Notes: generated by a model from the sequence alone, not told the origin. A stretch of DNA of 34,987 bases from Candidatus Aenigmatarchaeota archaeon (GCA_043801595.1 JAZDLW010000011.1:1-34987), one strand, 5' to 3'. Shown: positions 7,943 to 17,882, counted from the first letter of the stretch. A program made the numbers and translations.

Positions 7943-9589
7943 TCAATCCCTAATTAAATTCGTGAATTTAAATTCATTTACGTCGAACAATCCTTTGTCC
8001 GTTAGTTTTAGGGACGGTATTACCGGTAGCGCAAGGAAGGACAAAGTGGCAAAAGGGTTCGGCAGCTTGCAACCGAGTTCTTTCGCAAATTCATTGATTT
8101 TTTTAATTTCAGACGCAACCGATTCTGCGTTTTGTTCGGACATGAGCCCTGCTATCGGCAACTCGATCTTTTCTTCGACATTGCCCTTATCCGCAGCCAC
8201 AAGCCCGCCGTTTATCCGCTTGAGTTCGTTTATCGCGGCCAGCATGTCATCGTAATCCGCTGCGACACAAATTATATTGTGCGAGTCATGTGCTACCGTG
8301 GATGCGAGTGCGCCTTTTTTAAGGCCGAAGCCTGAGACAAACCCTTTGCCTATGTTACCTGTCATTTTATGCCTTTCCACCACAACCAGCGGCAGTATAT
8401 CGTTGTCAGTGTCGGGTAAAAGAAACCTGTCTGCTTTCAACTTCGCAATTTTTTTACTCGTGATTATTTCATCCGGAATTACGCCCATCACCGTTACATT
8501 GCTGCCATCCGCTTCGATCATCAACCTTTCTTTTTTCACGATTTTTAGTTTTACGGAATTCCTGATAACGTTGGGCGCGCGCTTGTTTTTCGGTGGCCAT
8601 AAAATTTTGCCGGAATTGTAGATAAGCTTCCCGTCTATGAAAACCGCTTCCACGTCGAATTTTTCCAGATCCCTTACAACCACAAAATCGGCTTTGTAGC
8701 CTATTTCTATGGCTCCCAGCCCTTCCAGTTTGAAATATTTTGCGGGATTTATCGTCGCCATTTTTACAGCGGTTATAGGGTCTATTCCCAGCGACACGGC
8801 CTTTCTCAATATCCTGTCCATATGGCCGTCATTAAGCAGCTCATCCGCATACACATCGTCCGAAACTAGCATGCAATTGCTTTCGTTGTTTTTGATTATT
8901 TTCGCAAGTTCGCGAAGATTCTTTGCCGCCGAGCCTTCGCGTATCATGATACGCATACCAAGGGAAATCTTCTCGCGCGCTTCTTCCGCGCTTGTACATT
9001 CGTGGTCCGACATTATTCCTGCCGAAACGTATTTTTTTAACTGCTTCCCGGTAAGCCCGGGCGCATGACCGTCGCACACCTTTCCCAGTGCCAGCGCTTC
9101 GTTTATCTTCTTCATGACTTCCGGGTCTTTGTTAATAACTCCGGGAAAGTTCATCATTTCTCCAAGCCCTGCGCATCTGGGGTTCTTCAGAAGTATGGAC
9201 ACGTCCTCTGCGTCGAGCCTTGAGCCCGACGTTTCCATTTCTGTTGCCGGCACACATGACGGTGCAGTGAAAAACAATCTCATCGGGGTATGCGTGGAGA
9301 GCATGAACCAGATTCCACGCACACCGCACACATTGGCTATCTCGTGCGGCTCGAATATCACACATGTTGTGCCGTGCGGCACGGCTGCGCGTGAGAAGTT
9401 TTCCGGCGTCAGCATCGAGCTTTCGATGTGTATGTGGCCGTCTATCAGCCCGGGTAACAGGTAATAATCTGAGAAATCATACTCATTTTCAACTTTACCT
9501 TGCGCGGTTATTCTGTCATCAAAGTATATCGTTTTTTGTTCGATTGTGCCTCTAATTACGTTCAAAACATTTGATTTGATTGCGTACAT
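7943..9589 (-). CDS. ade: Adenine deaminase
   Basis: PGLIDGHIHIESS, PHEIANV, GEMMNFPGV, DGHAPG, SDHEC, REGSAAKNL, AHDSHN, LPIAGLMS. Confidence 0.95.
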   Translation of the reverse strand: MYAIKSNVLNVIRGTIEQKTIYFDDRITAQGKVENEYDFSDYYLLPGLIDGHIHIESSMLTPENFSRAAVPHGTTCVIFEPHEIANVCGVRGIWFMLSTHTPMRLFFTAPSCVPATEMETSGSRLDAEDVSILLKNPRCAGLGEMMNFPGVINKDPEVMKKINEALALGKVCDGHAPGLTGKQLKKYVSAGIMSDHECTSAEEAREKISLGMRIMIREGSAAKNLRELAKIIKNNESNCMLVSDDVYADELLNDGHMDRILRKAVSLGIDPITAVKMATINPAKYFKLEGLGAIEIGYKADFVVVRDLEKFDVEAVFIDGKLIYNSGKILWPPKNKRAPNVIRNSVKLKIVKKERLMIEADGSNVTVMGVIPDEIITSKKIAKLKADRFLLPDTDNDILPLVVVERHKMTGNIGKGFVSGFGLKKGALASTVAHDSHNIICVAADYDDMLAAINELKRINGGLVAADKGNVEEKIELPIAGLMSEQNAESVASEIKKINEFAKELGCKLPNPFATLSFLALPVIPSLKLTDKGLFDVNEFKFTNLIRD

Positions 9590-9711
9590 GACATTCTTGA
9601 TATAAACAATCGTCGCATATTTAAAAAAGCATTAACAGCCGAACGGTCCGGTTATGGGGCAGGCGGTCGAGTTTTGTTTTATCTTCTATGATTGCGGCAA
9701 AAATCTTCATT

Positions 9712-10092
9712 TTAACCAAGTCCGCAACCGCTTTTTATGGCAAGGCCTTCCAGCGAAACTTCGCCCGACAGCCTTTCGCCGCTCTTAAACTCCCATGTCG
9801 GGTATCCGGTTATGTTGGCTTTGTTGCACACCTCGGTCTGTCCCGAACCGTCCGGAAGCGAACACTCTGTGTAATTTACGTATTTCCAGCTGCTGCCGAA
9901 TAATTTTTTTTGTGCTTGGCAGTGCGAGCACCAGAACGCGCCGTATTCCTTTACACCGTTTGCTGTAAGGCATTTTGCGAAATCGCCGTATTTTCCCGCC
10001 TTCGTACTCGAGGAATTAAGAAGAATAAACACTATGATCGCTAAACCAACAACAATAGCCGCAGCGAATGCGTGTTTCTTTTGTATCTTCAT
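9712..10092 (-). CDS. Membrane-anchored thioredoxin-like protein
   Basis: N-terminal hydrophobic anchor, GAFWCSHC (CxxC), extra Cys pair, GYPTW cis-Pro loop. Confidence 0.8.
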   Translation of the reverse strand: MKIQKKHAFAAAIVVGLAIIVFILLNSSSTKAGKYGDFAKCLTANGVKEYGAFWCSHCQAQKKLFGSSWKYVNYTECSLPDGSGQTEVCNKANITGYPTWEFKSGERLSGEVSLEGLAIKSGCGLG

Positions 10093-10141
10093 GTACTGAT
10101 CAAAATAAGATGTGATTCTGGTTTAAATAGGTTTAATCGTT

Positions 10142-11485
10142 TCATTTTTTGCGGTTCTCTTCCAGCTTAAGTAATTTTTTTATTATATCATCTCTTTTTT
10201 TCGGATCGAGCGATATGTTATTCTCTTTTACAGCATGTTCCTGCTTTAAAAATACGATTTTATTGGGCTCCAAATCTTCTTTCAACACAACACCGGGGCC
10301 TACTACGCTATTTGGCCCGACTCTAACACCGGGCATCAGCGTAACATTCGATCCGGTTTTGCAGTTTTCGCCCATTATCACGCCGAGATGGTCGTATCCT
10401 GACGACATTTTCCCCTTTCCGAACACGTCCACTTTTATCTCGCTTTCGTCAAGCCGTACGTTTGTTATTACAGTTCCGGCAGCAAGGGAGCAGTTATCGG
10501 CAATAACAGAGTCGCCGACATACGCTGTGTGAAACCAGCAGTTGTCGCCTATGTAAGAGTTTTTTATCTCTGTCGAGAACCCGATAACGGAGTTTTCGCC
10601 TATATTCGCGTATTCCCGCACAAGACAATTATTGCCTATTACCGTATTGCGCCCTATGTAGCACGGACCCTTTACAGTCGCATTTTCCATGATGCGTGCA
10701 CCGGCGTCTATCACAGCATTCCCTTCTATTACGGCATTCGCTGCTATTTTTGAGGTTTTGTCGATTTGTTGCTTTTTAACGTTGTCCAGGAAATGCTTCG
10801 TCATGTCGAATATGTGCCACGGATATTTTATCGCCTTCCACGAACCTGTGTACTTCACAGCCTTGAATGTTAAGCCGTCTTTTATCATCCTGTTGATGGA
10901 AGCCTCGTAAACGTCGTCTTTTCCGCTTTTCGTAGTTTCGAGATATTCGATAAGTTTCATCGCATCTTTGTGATAATGAAAAACTATATTTACAAGCGTG
11001 CTCGGTTCATTTCCTTCGCCAGGTTTTTCTACTATACCGTTGATTTTATCGCCGTCAACGACAAGATACCCTCCCGGAAAATACTTTTCGACCTCCTGCG
11101 CGAGTATGTACGAGTCTGCATGCCCGGTTTTCACATGGTCGAGCAATGCCTTGTATACGGTCTTTTCAAATATGTCGTTCGGGTTTATTACTATGATTTC
11201 CTCGTTCTTTAGCAACCCTTTTGCGGCCAGTAAAGCGTTCGCCATTCCGTCCGGTTTTGTCTGCAGAGCGAACTGTGCATTATAGTTTTTGTCACTCAGC
11301 ACGGTTTTTATTTTTTCGGAATTTTCTGGGTTGCATACGATTATGAAATCCGAAAGCCCGTTTTCCTGCGCCATTTCCAGATGATGCTCCAGCAGCGTTT
11401 TTCCCAAAAATTTGAAAAGCGATTTGTCTTCCATCAGCGGAAACATCCTTTTCCCTATCCCGCCGGCGAGCAATACGATCTTCAT
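10142..11485 (-). CDS. glmU: Bifunctional sugar-1-phosphate nucleotidyltransferase/acetyltransferase (archaeal GlmU-like)
   Basis: LAGGIGKRM..K, VEKP, YPW, C-terminal hexapeptide repeats (YVGDSVI); operon with glmS. Confidence 0.85.
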   Translation of the reverse strand: MKIVLLAGGIGKRMFPLMEDKSLFKFLGKTLLEHHLEMAQENGLSDFIIVCNPENSEKIKTVLSDKNYNAQFALQTKPDGMANALLAAKGLLKNEEIIVINPNDIFEKTVYKALLDHVKTGHADSYILAQEVEKYFPGGYLVVDGDKINGIVEKPGEGNEPSTLVNIVFHYHKDAMKLIEYLETTKSGKDDVYEASINRMIKDGLTFKAVKYTGSWKAIKYPWHIFDMTKHFLDNVKKQQIDKTSKIAANAVIEGNAVIDAGARIMENATVKGPCYIGRNTVIGNNCLVREYANIGENSVIGFSTEIKNSYIGDNCWFHTAYVGDSVIADNCSLAAGTVITNVRLDESEIKVDVFGKGKMSSGYDHLGVIMGENCKTGSNVTLMPGVRVGPNSVVGPGVVLKEDLEPNKIVFLKQEHAVKENNISLDPKKRDDIIKKLLKLEENRKK

Positions 11486-12825
11486 GCTTTTTCACCGAGT
11501 TTATCCTTCAGAATTTGCGTAAATGTTTTTTTAAGATCCTCGAACCTTTCCGTTGTTGTCGCCTCGACATAAAGCCTTATTTTCGGGGACGTGTTCGATG
11601 CGCGTATCAGTATCCAGCCATCGTCGAAATCCAGGCGCACGCCGTCCATGTCCGATACGCGGTCATACATTTCTCTAAACTCGTTTAACAGGTCTTGTAC
11701 GATCGTGAACTTCATGTCGTCCGGGCACGGGAAAACGATGTCTTCGAACGGGTATTTTATCATCGAATCGTAATGGTAGGCAAGGCTTTTGTTTGTACCT
11801 GCTATTATTTCGGCGATTTTCAGCGGAATCAGCATCGCGTCGTCAAATGCGAAATATTCCGATAAAACGATGTGGCCCGATTCTTCAACTCCGAGTAGCG
11901 CGTTCTCGTCTTTGCATTTGGATATTACGAATGTGTGCCCGACCGGGACTTTTATCACTTCAGCGTCCTGTTTTTTCAATTCTTTTTCCAGTGCGGACGA
12001 GCATGCGATTGTTATGACAGCCTTGCCGTTTTTATTTTTCAGTATCTGTCGCCCAAGCAATATCCCGATCTCGTTTCCAGTTAGCACGCGCCCCTTTCCG
12101 TCAACCAACGCTGCCCGGTCGCCGTCGCCGTCAAACGCAACACCGAAATCCAGTTTTTTATCCTTCACGGTCTTTATCAGCGTTCCGATGTTGTTCGGAG
12201 CAGGATCGTTTGGCCTGTTCGGGGACGAAGGATCCACGTTGCAATAGACTCTTGTGGTATCAAAACCTAGAGCTTCGAATAATTCCGGCGCGACCAGTGA
12301 CATGCTTCCGTTTCCGCAATCGACTGCGATTTTGATTTCCTTGTCAATAGCAAACTTCGAATTCAAAAATTCTATGTAGTCGCGTTTTAGGTCGGCATAT
12401 TCCACCGAGCCTTCGTATTCTACATCGATGTTTTCATCGCTGTCGATTATGCCTTTTATTGCTGCGGGCGATATGGCTATGCCCTCTCCAGTGTACATTT
12501 TAAGTCCGTTCCATTCCGGAGGAAGGTGCGATGCGGTTACGAACGCAGTCATCGATGCTTTTAGCTTCCAGCCCGAAAACAGGCATACGCCGAATGATGT
12601 TGTCCGTACGTTGATTACGCCCACGCCCTGCGTCGTTATTCCCTTTATCAGCGCGCGTGAAAGCAACGGCGATGACGATCTGACATCATTACCAACGGCA
12701 ACAGGTCCGGATATATCGTTCTTTCTTACAAAAATCGCTATAGCTTTTCCGATATTTTCCATTATGCTTTCATCTACGTCTTTGCCGTATATGCCCCTTA
12801 TATCGTATTCTCTGAATATTTCCAT
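11482..12825 (-). CDS. Alpha-D-phosphohexomutase (GlmM or PMM/PGM)
   Basis: FREYDIRG, TASH phosphoserine loop, FDGDGDR, EESGH, RASNT. GlmM role inferred from context only. Confidence 0.88.
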   Translation of the reverse strand: MEIFREYDIRGIYGKDVDESIMENIGKAIAIFVRKNDISGPVAVGNDVRSSSPLLSRALIKGITTQGVGVINVRTTSFGVCLFSGWKLKASMTAFVTASHLPPEWNGLKMYTGEGIAISPAAIKGIIDSDENIDVEYEGSVEYADLKRDYIEFLNSKFAIDKEIKIAVDCGNGSMSLVAPELFEALGFDTTRVYCNVDPSSPNRPNDPAPNNIGTLIKTVKDKKLDFGVAFDGDGDRAALVDGKGRVLTGNEIGILLGRQILKNKNGKAVITIACSSALEKELKKQDAEVIKVPVGHTFVISKCKDENALLGVEESGHIVLSEYFAFDDAMLIPLKIAEIIAGTNKSLAYHYDSMIKYPFEDIVFPCPDDMKFTIVQDLLNEFREMYDRVSDMDGVRLDFDDGWILIRASNTSPKIRLYVEATTTERFEDLKKTFTQILKDKLGEKA

Positions 12826-13439
12826 TATAAAAACCTTTTTGCATCCATCAAATCCTTGACAACATGATCGGCAGCGTTTAAGTTTTGGTTATGGGAGTGC
12901 GGGCTGATGTATCCTATACATTTCATACCAGCCGATTTTGCAGATTTCACACCTGTCGAGGAGTCTTCAATCGCTATGCAATCGCTTGGATTTATTCCGA
13001 GTTTTTTACTCGCTAACAGGTAGGGTTCCGGGTCAGGCTTGGCGTTTTTTATATCTTCGGATGTGACCACGACTTCGAATTTTTTTCCCAGATCAAATTT
13101 TCTTAGGCAGAGATCAATCCAATTTTTAGTCGATCCGCTTGCTATTGCGAGTTTAACTCCGGATAAAGAATTTATTAGCCGGATAGAATTTGCAATAGGT
13201 TTTATCGATTCAACAGATTCCGCCATGATGTCGAATTTTCTATCCATAACGGTTTTGATATCTATGTTGATTCCATTTTTGGTCGAAGCTTTTTTTAGTA
13301 TATCCTCGAACCTGATGCCTGTGGGATGTTCGACTTCCTTTAGACCAAGTTCTTCCAGTAATTTATTTTCCGTAATTTTGTGAAGAGGTTCACTGTCGAC
13401 TATAACGCCGTCCAGATCAAATATAACCGCTTTTATCAT
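12825..13439 (-). CDS. HAD-family phosphatase (subfamily IA, beta-PGM-like)
   Basis: FDLDGVIVDSE, KPDPEPY, IEDS..G..SAKSAGM. Confidence 0.88.
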   Translation of the reverse strand: MIKAVIFDLDGVIVDSEPLHKITENKLLEELGLKEVEHPTGIRFEDILKKASTKNGINIDIKTVMDRKFDIMAESVESIKPIANSIRLINSLSGVKLAIASGSTKNWIDLCLRKFDLGKKFEVVVTSEDIKNAKPDPEPYLLASKKLGINPSDCIAIEDSSTGVKSAKSAGMKCIGYISPHSHNQNLNAADHVVKDLMDAKRFL

Positions 13440-13440
13440 A

Positions 13441-15210
13441 TCATTCCACCGTCACGGATTTTGCCAGCGAGCGCGGGCGGTCTATATCGTTTCCCAATTT
13501 CGCTGCAACGTAATATGCAAGCAACTGCGAGGCTATTGTGAAAGGTATCGGTGATACAAGGTCGTCGACCGCTGGCACGTCTATTACAACATTTGCGTGC
13601 GTCGTACCGCCTGCAGCTATCGCGATTATTTTTCCGCCACGTGCCTTTATCTCCTCTATGTTGCTGAGGATTTTTCTGTCGTCCTTTGGAATAAACGCAA
13701 CAGTGTACATATTATCGTCTATCAGGGAAATCGTCCCATGTTTCAAAAATCCGGCTGCCATCCCTTCCGCGTGCAGGTATGAGATTTCTTTCATCTTCAA
13801 CGCTCCCTCTAACGCAGTCGGTACGTTCAAACCTCGTCCGATGTAAATGTAATTCCTTACAGTGAAATGTTTTTCCGCAATGTCCCTTATTTTTTCCCTG
13901 TTGTCTATGATCGTTTTCGCCACTGACGGCAGTTTTTCTATTTCGTTTTCAAGCAGCGAAACGTCCCTTCCCTTTAGCTTCGCGACCTCAAGTGCCAACC
14001 TTAAAAGTATCATTAATTGCGATGTGAACGTTTTCGTAGCGCACACTGCAGACTCGAATCCGGATCCCTGAAGTATTGTCAGTTCACTTTCCCTTGTTGC
14101 CGTAGAACCTATTACGTTTACTATTGCTGCTGGTTTTGCGCCCCTCTCTTTTGCGAACTTCATTGCCGACAGTGTATCATAAGTTTCTCCTGACTGCGTT
14201 ACCGCGATCGCCATGGTCGAGCCGTTGATTATTCCTTTTTGGTGGAACTCCGATGAATCGATTGCCTGCACGCGTTTGTGCGCGATCTCGGAGAACCAGT
14301 ACTCGGCTATCATCGCTGCGTGCATGGACGTGCCTGTTGCAATAAGGTAAACCGTATCGTGGTCGTTTATCAGCTGCGCCAGCCTTCTCACTTCCTCTGC
14401 GTAAATGCCTTTTGCTATTTTTATCGTGGTCGGCTGCTCGCAGATTTCCTTTAACATGAAATGATCGTAGCCGGATTTTTCTATGGATTCCGATTTCCAG
14501 TCTATGGTCATTTCTCCTTTGATTTTTTCCGCCCCTGTTTTCGCGTCAATGATCCTGTATTTTCCGTTTTCGATCGTGCATATTTCCCCGTCGTCAAGAG
14601 GGATCGCGCGGTTCGTGAATTCAAGGAACGCCGAAATATCCGACCCGATGAAGTAACCATTTTCCGAAAGCCCGAGCACCGCCGGGCTCTCCTTTTTTGC
14701 GCAAACGAGTTTTTCTTCGTTCTTGCTCGCGACGACAAAAGCGTACGTTCCTTTTACGCTTTTTAGCGCGTCGCGCACTGCAGTTTCCAGGTCGCCGTTG
14801 TAATAATCTTCGATCAAATGCGCAAAAACTTCGGTATCCGTTTCTGAACGAAAAGTGTGGCCTTTAACTTTCAGTTCCTTTTTCAATTCGAGATAATTGG
14901 AAATTATGCCGTTGTGCACAACAGCTATGTTGTTTTTGCAGTCAAAATGCGGGTGCGCGTTCGCCTCTGTTACGCCGCCGTGCGTCGCCCATCTGGTGTG
15001 CGCAATTCCGATTTTTCCGGGCAGTTTAAGCTCGTTTATTTCGTCCGCAAGCTTGGAGATCTTTCCCACGCGCTTGTACGAATGAAAACCGTTTCCATTT
15101 ATCGTAAGAAAACCGCATGAGTCGTATCCCCTGTATTCAAGGCGCGACAGCCCTTTAACAAGAATCGGCGCAGCGTTCCCGTTTCCGATATATCCGATAA
15201 TTCCGCACAT
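13441..15210 (-). CDS. glmS: Glutamine--fructose-6-phosphate aminotransferase (isomerizing)
   Basis: MCGIIG with catalytic Cys1, EYRGYDS, HTRWATHG, HNGII, QSGET, PRSLAKSVTVE. Start set at ATG 15210. Confidence 0.97.
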   Translation of the reverse strand: MCGIIGYIGNGNAAPILVKGLSRLEYRGYDSCGFLTINGNGFHSYKRVGKISKLADEINELKLPGKIGIAHTRWATHGGVTEANAHPHFDCKNNIAVVHNGIISNYLELKKELKVKGHTFRSETDTEVFAHLIEDYYNGDLETAVRDALKSVKGTYAFVVASKNEEKLVCAKKESPAVLGLSENGYFIGSDISAFLEFTNRAIPLDDGEICTIENGKYRIIDAKTGAEKIKGEMTIDWKSESIEKSGYDHFMLKEICEQPTTIKIAKGIYAEEVRRLAQLINDHDTVYLIATGTSMHAAMIAEYWFSEIAHKRVQAIDSSEFHQKGIINGSTMAIAVTQSGETYDTLSAMKFAKERGAKPAAIVNVIGSTATRESELTILQGSGFESAVCATKTFTSQLMILLRLALEVAKLKGRDVSLLENEIEKLPSVAKTIIDNREKIRDIAEKHFTVRNYIYIGRGLNVPTALEGALKMKEISYLHAEGMAAGFLKHGTISLIDDNMYTVAFIPKDDRKILSNIEEIKARGGKIIAIAAGGTTHANVVIDVPAVDDLVSPIPFTIASQLLAYYVAAKLGNDIDRPRSLAKSVTVE

Positions 15211-15280
15211 TTTCAAAGCCAGTAGATTTCTCAATATTTGTCCGGATCCGCTTATAAACTTTCCGTAAAAATTGTTGTAC

Positions 15281-15367
15281 CGTTATAAGTTATTTTATAA
15301 TACTCCTTCGCTTTTTCCGAAAAATACCGGTAAAAACGCCGAAACCGTTATAGTAATATTTATAACG
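15281..15367. promoter_or_regulatory. Two copies of putative operator CGTTATA-N8-TATAACG in the divergent glmS/regulator promoter region
   Basis: Site A CGTTATA agttattt TATAATA at 15281-15302; site B CGTTATA gtaatatt TATAACG at 15346-15367 (perfect inverted repeat). Both are preceded by AC. Confidence 0.6.
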
Positions 15368-15389
15368 CTATGCATGCAATCATAATGGT

Positions 15390-16310
15390 ATGTTCCGTGT
15401 TTCCAGCACCGATTCGGGATTGGCATCGAATGCGATGGTTGTGAAAAGCCCAAAAAAATTGAAGTCGCTTACGAGTGATCTGGGATGGAAAATTTATCAG
15501 GAACTCGTCAAATCGCCGGCTTCGCCAATAGATTTGGCGAGAAAATTCAAGATGCATGAGCAGAAGATTTACTACCACATAAACCAGTTGCGCAAAAACG
15601 AACTGATAAGGCTTGTCAGGACAGAGGAAAGGCAGGGCGCGCAGGCAAAGTTTTACTCCGCCCGGCCCGACGCACTGGTAGTGATGCCGGAAAGCGTCGC
15701 GTCCTATAAATTCGCGGCATCGTCCGAAAGCATTCCCGAACTTTTGAAGGATTTCATAGACGGCAGCAAGGCGAATTTCCGGATCGTGATCGGGTCTCCT
15801 GATCCGCACGGAAAGTATAAGGCACGCGGCTCCGATTCATGTTGCGCCATAGATTTGGCGCTGTTCCTAGGATCTTTTACGTCGGGCAATTCCACGCCCA
15901 ATTACAAGCTCGACACCGAGATGCGCGAAACCGATTATATGCAGAACCTGATCGTAATCGGCGGGCCGAAAACCAACCTCGTAACCGCGGCGCTTAATGA
16001 GAAGCTTAAAATTCGGATGGACGAGGCGTACGATTGGAATATAGTTTCAAAACTGTCCGGACATTCGTATTCCGAGGACGACAACGGTTTCATCGCGATT
16101 GCGAAGAACCCCTGGGATGAAAGCAGGAAAGTGATGGTTCTCGCAGGAAAACGATTCCCAGGTACGCGCGCAGCAGTAATCGCCTTTGTCAAGCATTTCG
16201 ACGAGGTCTCGAAAGGCAATAAATACGACCCCCGTTCGTCAACGAAGATCGTAAAAGGAATCGATTACGACGGCGACGGCGTTGTCGACGATGTAGAGTT
16301 TCTGGAGTAA
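15390..16310 (+). CDS. Winged-HTH (ArsR-like) transcriptional regulator with uncharacterised C-terminal domain
   Basis: N-terminal SPIDLARKFKMHEQKIYYHINQLRKNELI HTH; C-terminal GSPDPHG, NLIVIGGPKTN and DYDGDG motifs. Confidence 0.8.
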   Translation: MFRVSSTDSGLASNAMVVKSPKKLKSLTSDLGWKIYQELVKSPASPIDLARKFKMHEQKIYYHINQLRKNELIRLVRTEERQGAQAKFYSARPDALVVMPESVASYKFAASSESIPELLKDFIDGSKANFRIVIGSPDPHGKYKARGSDSCCAIDLALFLGSFTSGNSTPNYKLDTEMRETDYMQNLIVIGGPKTNLVTAALNEKLKIRMDEAYDWNIVSKLSGHSYSEDDNGFIAIAKNPWDESRKVMVLAGKRFPGTRAAVIAFVKHFDEVSKGNKYDPRSSTKIVKGIDYDGDGVVDDVEFLE

Positions 16311-16358
16311 GACGAGAAAACTTAAATAAAATGTCGTGTAATTTCTTATGGAGCCAAG

Positions 16359-16907
16359 ATGTCCGATTTCAAGATTAACCCGCTGTCCAAAAGAAAACTT
16401 GAAAGCACTCTTCGCATGCTTCATAGGGTTTATCCAATAGTAAGCGACGACGAAAGTTTTGATAAAGCTTTGCCTTCCAGCCTCGATCCGAAAAAGTATA
16501 GGCATGTCTTTGAAGAAATGGGTGTGGACCAAGGTAGGTATTGGGTGGCGTCGAAAAAGACGCGAGTAGCCGGCATTGTCGGCCTGTATTCCTACGAAAA
16601 AGATAAGGATGCATTGTGGGTAGGCTGGTTCGGAGTTTCCCCAAGATACAGGGGACAGGAAATCGGCAAAAGGTTATTGGACTACGTAATAAAGAAGGCG
16701 GAAAAAGGCGATAAAAGATATCTGAGATTGTGGACCTCCACAGATCCTAACGAACAGCTCGCTCATGTCATGTACGAAAAAAGAGGCTTTGTCAAGACAG
16801 ACGAAGGACCTTTGGAAGGTAGCCAGTTCAAAAAATTAATTTATGAACTGGACTTGGACAAAATCAGGAAACCGAAAACCAGAAAGGCCGGCACATACGA
16901 AAAGTGA
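16359..16907 (+). CDS. GNAT family N-acetyltransferase
   Basis: VSPRYRGQEIGKRLL acetyl-CoA motif A; A..MYEKRGF motif B. Confidence 0.88.
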   Translation: MSDFKINPLSKRKLESTLRMLHRVYPIVSDDESFDKALPSSLDPKKYRHVFEEMGVDQGRYWVASKKTRVAGIVGLYSYEKDKDALWVGWFGVSPRYRGQEIGKRLLDYVIKKAEKGDKRYLRLWTSTDPNEQLAHVMYEKRGFVKTDEGPLEGSQFKKLIYELDLDKIRKPKTRKAGTYEK

Positions 16908-16960
16908 AACCGGTTTCATCATGGGTTGGTATTTATAACTATTTTGTCCAAATTAATTTT

Positions 16961-17281
16961 ATGAAGCGCTTGAAATTTCTTGACTATTTGCCGGAACTGA
17001 TATTAACCGGCAAAAAAAACACGACATGGCGCGTTAACGACGAAAAAAACATACAGCGCGGAGACGAGTTATCGCTTTGCAACAAGGACGGCGTTGAGTT
17101 TGCAAGAGCAGTCGTTATCAAAGCCAAGGAAACGGTTTTCGGAAAACTTACTGAAGACGATAAGAAAGGGCATGAAAACTTCGCAAACAACGAAGAGATG
17201 TATAAGACTTATTCCAGATATTACAAAATGGAAATAGCGCCGGAAACAAGGCTTAAAATAATCAAATTCAGGTTGTCGTGA
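16961..17281 (+). CDS. ASCH domain protein
   Basis: ILTGKKNTTWR (GxKxxTxR), GDEL, downstream Glu (GHE). ATG 16961 lies about 23 nt after TTTATAA. Confidence 0.82.
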   Translation: MKRLKFLDYLPELILTGKKNTTWRVNDEKNIQRGDELSLCNKDGVEFARAVVIKAKETVFGKLTEDDKKGHENFANNEEMYKTYSRYYKMEIAPETRLKIIKFRLS

Positions 17282-17312
17282 TATTTTTATTTATACCAAA
17301 CGATGAGAAAGT

Positions 17313-17882
17313 ATGGCGTTTCATCATTTCAAGGGAAGCGGTCTTAACAGGTCTGAAAAAATCCAGAGATTTGTTATCAGGGCAATAATGGAAAGCAAAA
17401 TTCCCAACGAGAAACGGGAAAACTCTTTGGAATTCGAGTTCAAGCACAGCTCCGGCGTTATACAAATAGCAAGGATATTCGCGGAAAAACGCGGGCTTAA
17501 CGTGGAAATCGCAGAAATAATCGCAGCACTGCATGATATACACGCCATAATCAACGGAACGTACAAAATTCATGCTTCCGAAAGCGCTAGGATCGCGCGC
17601 AAAATTCTGGAGGAATCCGGTGATTTCAAAAAAGAGGAAATGAGCCTTATCTGCAATGCGATCGAGCATCACAGCGAAAAGGATGTTTACACAGACAATC
17701 CGTATGTCGAATTGATCAAAGACGCGGACACATTCGATTGTTTTCTTTATGCGGATCACGGTTATGACGACAAGCCGCCGAAACTGCGGAAAGAATATTT
17801 CAAAAGGATCATCAGCCTCCGAAAAGAATTGGGATTGCCGCAAAAGGAGTTTTACAAAAAGGAATTGGAGAGGTTGCAATGA
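17313..17882 (+). CDS. HD-domain phosphohydrolase
   Basis: KHS..V, AALHDI, HASESA, IEHHS, IKDADTFD. Confidence 0.88.
   Translation: MAFHHFKGSGLNRSEKIQRFVIRAIMESKIPNEKRENSLEFEFKHSSGVIQIARIFAEKRGLNVEIAEIIAALHDIHAIINGTYKIHASESARIARKILEESGDFKKEEMSLICNAIEHHSEKDVYTDNPYVELIKDADTFDCFLYADHGYDDKPPKLRKEYFKRIISLRKELGLPQKEFYKKELERLQ

Noticed and set aside
15211..15389. glmS ribozyme or riboswitch
   Set aside because: Region is short, AT-rich and promoter-like, with no recognisable ribozyme core.
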